A stretch of DNA of 64,000 bases. Origin: an uncultured delta proteobacterium (GTDB taxonomy: Bacteria > Desulfobacterota > RBG-13-43-22). The stretch is from the NCBI GenBank assembly GCA_963790475.1, contig CAWBOS010000012.1, positions 832,001-896,000 of the forward strand, given 5' to 3'. The notes under the pieces are model-generated. The model worked only from the letters and a program-made list of their open reading frames with translations. It made no database searches and was not told the DNA's origin. A program made the translations under genes and the position numbers. Within the stretch, counting starts at the first letter, position 1, and every line of letters starts with the position of its first letter. Shown piece after piece: positions 58,967 to 64,000 of the stretch.

Positions 58967-60711
58967 GGGGCCTCCTTTCGCGTCAGGTAGAAAAAATCCC
59001 GGTCATCGGCATACCCTAGAAAACGGGGGATATACCGCCCTTTGTCCTCTAAATCGATTTCATTCATGCGTCGGATCAAGTGTTGGATATAAAGATTGCT
59101 TCCGTCCCTCTGATAGACGGCCAGATAGGTATGAACCGGGGCATTCATATCCAATAACAGGGCGTAACTGCATTGGTAGGCCTGAAAAACGCGGGCCATG
59201 GCCGACGGGGTGGCGCTCCAGAAAAAGGCATAAAGTAAAAAGCGTTTTCCACCGGACTCCTGCAAGGCCGCGCCGGACCGCAGGGCCTGCAGCTTCTCGG
59301 CGGCTGAGCCGGACCAATTACCCGGTCCCCAACGGGCCACTAATGGACCCGGAAGGGACAGACGGGTGGCGGAATCAAACCCGTCGATAAGGGGGACGCC
59401 ATTCTGGCGGGCATATCGGATCAGGGGGAGGAGCCGGTTGTCGGCTTCGGTCCAGGTCTTCATCACCACTTCCCCATCATTCAGGACAAAGATGGTGGCC
59501 AGCTCCGGCTGCAGTCGACTGAAGATGACCCCGTTTTCCAGAAAGCCGTAATGGCTGCCGTGATTCTTTAAAGACAATGGTCCATATTTGAAGGCCCCTT
59601 GGAGGCGTTTAAATCCGCCGGTGAAGGTGGCCGCGGTACGAGGCCGGTCCACAGGGTTGATCAGACCCGTTCGTATCAGGGGGGCCGCGGTGTTTATCCC
59701 ATCCGGTCCGCTCAAGGATTTGTCTTTCATTTGAGGCGGTATGTGCGGAGACCAGCCCAGGGAAGGATGGTTGGTTCCCAGGGCGTAATGCAGATTAAAT
59801 TGATCCAGATCGAAAGCGATCAGGTAGACCAACTCGCCCATCTCCACGCTATTCAGGTCATTTACTATTTTTTTATAACTTCCCAGAATATTCGCCGCGA
59901 TCACCTTGGGGATGATGATACTGACATAGATACCGGGATTGCCCCGGGCCGGATACCAGTTTCCCAGGACCATCCCATCCGGACCGGCACCCTGGGCGGT
60001 AATGCCCAGATCGACCGGTTTTACCAGGAGGTTGCCTTGCTTGGGGTCCAGCAAAGCGGGGATTGGCGCCTGTGAAGTCTGGGGGGGCGGCCCCTCGGCC
60101 GGTTTCGATGGTACTTTTTCTTCGGCTTTTTCCTCATATAGATAGCCAAAGACCGTGTCTCGCACCCAGACAACGATTTCATCCCCCTGAGGAATTTTTT
60201 TTCGGAGGAAATCGGTCACCTTTTCTATAGGGGTCTGATGCCCTTTGGTCGGATGGAGCAGGTAGAGCCTTTTGGCACAGAGCGGGGCAAATGGAAGGTG
60301 CTTATCCAGAGCCGATTGCAGACTTTCAGGGGCCTTTGATCCCCAGAGATCACAGAGGGAACTTTGTCCTTTTTCACTGAAGACCACTCCCTTGGGATCC
60401 AGAAGGAGACTTTGGGTTTTACGATTCGAATTCTCCAGGTGAAAAGTCTGCCCCGTCGGACTTCCCTGCCATTTAAGATCGAGCAGGTACCAGGCATTGA
60501 TATTGGGATTCAAGTTGATTAGGGTGGCCAGGCCTTCCCGACCCGGACCTTCCTGGACGGGGCTGGAAGTGGTCCGGGAAAAAGGCTGCAGATCAAGAAT
60601 GTTTTTCGGCCTTTCTTCCGACCGGGACAAAGGGGCCCACAGGCCGTCACCGGCCAGGGCCAGGGCCAATAAAAGCAAAACAAAACCTATGCGGGCTTTC
60701 ACATTCTTCAT
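58963..60711 (-). CDS. Exported hypothetical protein with a NAGPA/phosphodiester-glycosidase-like C-terminal region
   Basis: Signal peptide; FTGGFK, RQNG.PL, RSG, LLDMN, RDFFY. Confidence 0.65.
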   Translation of the reverse strand: MKNVKARIGFVLLLLALALAGDGLWAPLSRSEERPKNILDLQPFSRTTSSPVQEGPGREGLATLINLNPNINAWYLLDLKWQGSPTGQTFHLENSNRKTQSLLLDPKGVVFSEKGQSSLCDLWGSKAPESLQSALDKHLPFAPLCAKRLYLLHPTKGHQTPIEKVTDFLRKKIPQGDEIVVWVRDTVFGYLYEEKAEEKVPSKPAEGPPPQTSQAPIPALLDPKQGNLLVKPVDLGITAQGAGPDGMVLGNWYPARGNPGIYVSIIIPKVIAANILGSYKKIVNDLNSVEMGELVYLIAFDLDQFNLHYALGTNHPSLGWSPHIPPQMKDKSLSGPDGINTAAPLIRTGLINPVDRPRTAATFTGGFKRLQGAFKYGPLSLKNHGSHYGFLENGVIFSRLQPELATIFVLNDGEVVMKTWTEADNRLLPLIRYARQNGVPLIDGFDSATRLSLPGPLVARWGPGNWSGSAAEKLQALRSGAALQESGGKRFLLYAFFWSATPSAMARVFQAYQCSYALLLDMNAPVHTYLAVYQRDGSNLYIQHLIRRMNEIDLEDKGRYIPRFLGYADDRDFFYLTRKEAP

Positions 60712-61001
60712 CCTTTTTCAGGTCCTGATGCTTTACATGATGCCATAAATCACAGAAAAAAGGGACGGAATTAATTATAGCTGAAAGGGATCTCAATAAT
60801 CATCTATATTATATCTTGCCGCTAATCTTTGCCGCAAGAGGGTATATCTTTTCTCTTGATTTTCCTTTTGACGAAGCCCCGGGGAGACGTTACTATAAAA
60901 TTGAAACGGAATGAACCCATTTGCGGTTACCTTAAAATGGGACATTCCGAAATTGAAATACCGAACCTTTTGTTCGCCCGGAGTTGCGCCCCCTGCAGAA
61001 T

Positions 61002-62858
61002 ATGAAAAAATTTGAGCTTCCTCATACCTCCATTGATCCCGATCCCCAAAAAAACTGGTACCGGCGGATTAACCCGATTCTTCTGGCCCACAAAGGGACG
61101 TTAGTCAGCGGTTTGGCCTTGGCCCTCTTGGCCATGCTGCTCAACGTGCTGATTCCCAGGATCACCATGGCCGCCATTGACACCGCCCTGATTGCCCATA
61201 GATCCTCCCTGATGATGTATGTATGGATTCTGGTCGGACTGGCCGGAACCCGGTCAACCGTTGTTTATCTGTATCGTTACCTCCTTTTTAAAATGGCTTA
61301 CACCATCGAGTTTGATCTTCGGGCCCTCATTTTTAACCATATTTCATGGCTCTCGCTTTCCTTTTTCGACCGGGTTCAAGGAGGCCAGGTGATATCCAGG
61401 GCCAATTCGGACATTCGCGCCGTACAGATGTTTCTGGTGTTTTCACCCTTTCTGGCGGTCAATGCCTTCACTTTCGTAATGGCCCTCGGCTTTATGCTCA
61501 AGGTCCATATCGGCCTGACCCTGGCCTCTCTATTCCCGATCCCTTTTGTCTATTACACCGGTATTCGAATGCGTCGACTCATGTATCCGGCTTCCTGGCT
61601 GGTTCAATCCCGGTTGGCGGACATTTCCACGATAGTCGCTGAAAATGTTACCGGCGCGCACATCGTAAAATCTTTCTCAGCCGAAGTAAATCAGATCAAA
61701 TTACTGGCCAGGGCCGCCCTGAGACTCCGTTGGGCGACCGTTCACCAGATCGACATTCGGGCGATTTTTGCCCCTATCATGGAGAATATGCCCCGCCTGG
61801 CCAATACCATCCTCCTGTTTTACGGCGGTCTGCTGGTGGTGCGGGGTGAAATCACCATCGGCGCGCTGGTCGCCTTCAGTGCCTATGTCATTATGCTGCA
61901 AACCCCTTTTCGGTTATTGGGAATGCTGTTGATGATGAGCCAGCGGTCCATGGCTTCGGCCCATCGGATTTTTGAGATTCTCGATGAAAAACCGGAGATC
62001 AGGGAGCGTCCGGGTGCGGTAAATTTAGATCTGACCAGCGGTAAAATTGAATTTAAACAGGTTTCTTTCGGATACAACAGTGGACCGATGATTCTGTCGG
62101 ATCTTTGCTTTGATATCAATCCCGGAGAAACCGTGGCCGTTGTGGGGCGGACCGGATCAGGAAAAACTACTCTGGCCAGGTTATTGATCCGTTTTTATGA
62201 TGTAATAAAGGGCGGTATCGAGATCGACGGACGAGACATTCGAGACCTCACCCTGTCCAGTTTGCGGTCTCAGGTGGGAATTGTTCCTGATGAGCCTGTA
62301 TTGTTTTCGGTTTCGATCCGGGAGAATATCGCTTACGGGAAACCCGAAGCTTCCCTGGAAGAAATCCGGACTGCCGCCAAAGCGGCGGAAGCCCATGATT
62401 TTATCATGAAGTTGACCGACGGTTATGACACGGTGGTGGGGGAAAGGGGCTGTACCCTTTCCGGGGGCCAGCGCCAGAGAATCGCCATTGCCAGGACCCT
62501 CCTGACCAATCCCGGTATTCTGATTCTGGATGATGCCACCAGTTCGGTGGATGTGGGGGTGGAGCAGAACATCCATCAGGCCTTAAGACAATATTTAAAA
62601 GGACGCAGCACATTGATTATCGCCCACCGGATTTCCACCATCAGCCTGGCGGACCGGGTGCTTTTTATGGAAAATGGAAAGATCACCGCCCAGGGAACGC
62701 ATTCGGAGTTGATGAAAACGGAGCCCGGATATGTGGAAGTGTTGGCCAAAGCCGGCGAGAAAGAAGAAGACGAAAGCCGGTTAACGCCAAAGAAGCCAAC
62801 TCCTGTTACCGCTTTTGAAAAGGAAATCGAAATACCGCCGCTGCAGACGGACCTATAA
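61002..62858 (+). CDS. ABC exporter, fused TMD-NBD subunit 1
   Basis: GRTGSGKT, LSGGQRQR, degenerate Walker B ILDDATS, IAHR. Confidence 0.93.
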   Translation: MKKFELPHTSIDPDPQKNWYRRINPILLAHKGTLVSGLALALLAMLLNVLIPRITMAAIDTALIAHRSSLMMYVWILVGLAGTRSTVVYLYRYLLFKMAYTIEFDLRALIFNHISWLSLSFFDRVQGGQVISRANSDIRAVQMFLVFSPFLAVNAFTFVMALGFMLKVHIGLTLASLFPIPFVYYTGIRMRRLMYPASWLVQSRLADISTIVAENVTGAHIVKSFSAEVNQIKLLARAALRLRWATVHQIDIRAIFAPIMENMPRLANTILLFYGGLLVVRGEITIGALVAFSAYVIMLQTPFRLLGMLLMMSQRSMASAHRIFEILDEKPEIRERPGAVNLDLTSGKIEFKQVSFGYNSGPMILSDLCFDINPGETVAVVGRTGSGKTTLARLLIRFYDVIKGGIEIDGRDIRDLTLSSLRSQVGIVPDEPVLFSVSIRENIAYGKPEASLEEIRTAAKAAEAHDFIMKLTDGYDTVVGERGCTLSGGQRQRIAIARTLLTNPGILILDDATSSVDVGVEQNIHQALRQYLKGRSTLIIAHRISTISLADRVLFMENGKITAQGTHSELMKTEPGYVEVLAKAGEKEEDESRLTPKKPTPVTAFEKEIEIPPLQTDL

Positions 62859-62973
62859 GACAAGTTCGCAAAAAGTCGATGAAAGCCGATTTTAGTCATT
62901 CCGACGAAAGTCGGAATCCATCCCGATGGCGGGACCGGTTTTCACCGGAGTGACGACTATTTGCGAAACCATC
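62859..62973. repeat. Palindromic element with TCGCAAAAAGTC...GACTATTTGCGA ends enclosing a REP-like core
   Basis: GTCATTCCGACGAAAGTCGGAATC core resembles the 5907 element. Confidence 0.6.
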
Positions 62974-62976
62974 ATA

Positions 62977-63026
62977 TAAGAGGATGAGAGAAAAAACATT
63001 TATACAGATTGCTCAGCAATCTGTTA
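62977..63026 (+). mobile_element. Collapsed MITE copy 5 (ends only)
   Basis: Outer segment TAAGAGGATG..., then CAGATTGCT joined directly to CAGCAATCTG-TTA. Confidence 0.55.
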
Positions 63027-63039
63027 AGAGGATGCACTG

Positions 63040-64000
63040 ATGGCCAGAGAGATGGGCAGCCTGGGGGCCTTTTCCGGAAGGGGTTCCGGCAGTGAACAAA
63101 GCCGGCAAGCCGGACTCCCGTTTTCGGGGATACCCGCGGAACTGGAATCAGGGGTCAAGAAGATCATCGCCAAGGAACCGGTTGATGATACGGTTGAAGT
63201 CGTGTTTGACCAGGCCGAGGCCAAACAGCCGCCCTTGACTTTAAGAACCCTGTTTGCCCCCCATTATCCCGCCCTGGCGCTGGCTTTTCTTATGGTTCTG
63301 GCCCAGACGGGGGCCATGCAGGCCGGCCCCTTATTGACGCAGATCGGAATCGATAAGGGGATTCTAAGAGCCAACCTGAAGGTCCTCATGTGGGTGTCCC
63401 TGGCCTACCTGATGTCCATCTTCTTAAATTATATCACGGGTTATGCCCGCACCGCCTGGACGGGACGTTTGGGCGAGCGTTTGATGATGAACCTTCGTAT
63501 CAAGGTTTTTTCTCACCTGCAAAGATTGTCCCTGGATTTTTTCACCGATGAAATGAGTGGCCGTATCATGACCCGCATGACCAGTGACATCGAAGCCCTG
63601 ACCACCTTACTTCAGGATGGTATTATTAATTTGATGGTCCAGGGGCTGACCATGATATTCGTCATAGCGGTGCTGTTTTCTTTGAACCTGAAGCTGGCGG
63701 TTATATTGGTTGCGGCGGTTATGCCCGCCATGCTGGCCTTGTCACTCTGGTTTCGAAAGGTGTCGGATTATGGGTATGGGGTGGTCCGGGACCGGATCGC
63801 CACCTTGCTGGCAGACTTCCAGGAAAATCTAAACGGTATCCGGGTTATTCACGCTTTTTATCGCCAGGGCCGGAATATCGCCAACCATTTGAATCTGGCC
63901 GGATCGTATGCCCAGGCGAACTTCTATACCGCCAGGATGGGGGCTATTTTTGATTCCGGGTCCACGCTGATCGCGGTTTTCGGCCAGGCCCTTATTTTGC
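63040..64000 (+). CDS. ABC exporter subunit 2 (3'-partial; heterodimer partner)
   Basis: Open frame from ATG 63040; LRIKVFSHLQRLSLDFF...GRIMTRMTSDIE ABC-TMD signature. Confidence 0.88.
   Translation, partial: MAREMGSLGAFSGRGSGSEQSRQAGLPFSGIPAELESGVKKIIAKEPVDDTVEVVFDQAEAKQPPLTLRTLFAPHYPALALAFLMVLAQTGAMQAGPLLTQIGIDKGILRANLKVLMWVSLAYLMSIFLNYITGYARTAWTGRLGERLMMNLRIKVFSHLQRLSLDFFTDEMSGRIMTRMTSDIEALTTLLQDGIINLMVQGLTMIFVIAVLFSLNLKLAVILVAAVMPAMLALSLWFRKVSDYGYGVVRDRIATLLADFQENLNGIRVIHAFYRQGRNIANHLNLAGSYAQANFYTARMGAIFDSGSTLIAVFGQALIL

Overview
Bacterial chromosomal window, most consistent with an anaerobic Desulfobacterota (deltaproteobacterial) genome; this assignment is inferred from gene content only. 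Layout: (1) an RDD gene and two GT4 glycosyltransferases; (2) a GAF histidine kinase and sigma-54 activator pair, divergent from a ~14 kb operon for a membrane-bound group 4 (Hyc/Hyf-type) [NiFe] hydrogenase with an unusual soluble module (NuoE-like, catalytically degenerate FdhA-like, AsrA/AsrB-like), a PhnD-like lipoprotein and a HycI protease; (3) tadA and tRNA-Ser(CGA), followed by a defence island holding stacked tRNA 3'-end (att-like) scars, an HgiDII-like type II RM with Vsr, a type I RM, a two-cassette integron array interrupted by IS1380, and a lysozyme/holin remnant; (4) CoA-transferase/CitE, a two-component pair, a darAB dialkylresorcinol-type cluster, an acyl-CoA ligase, acoABC, an uncharacterised exported three-gene cluster and an ABC exporter pair. 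Top finding: the hydrogenase large subunit, split into two ORFs in the track, is one 561-codon frame in which BOTH cysteines of the N-terminal Ni-binding L1 motif are TGA codons (ERI-TGA-GI-TGA-GYIH). A bacterial SECIS-like hairpin follows immediately. This predicts a di-selenocysteine (UxxU) active site unlike classical [NiFeSe] enzymes.
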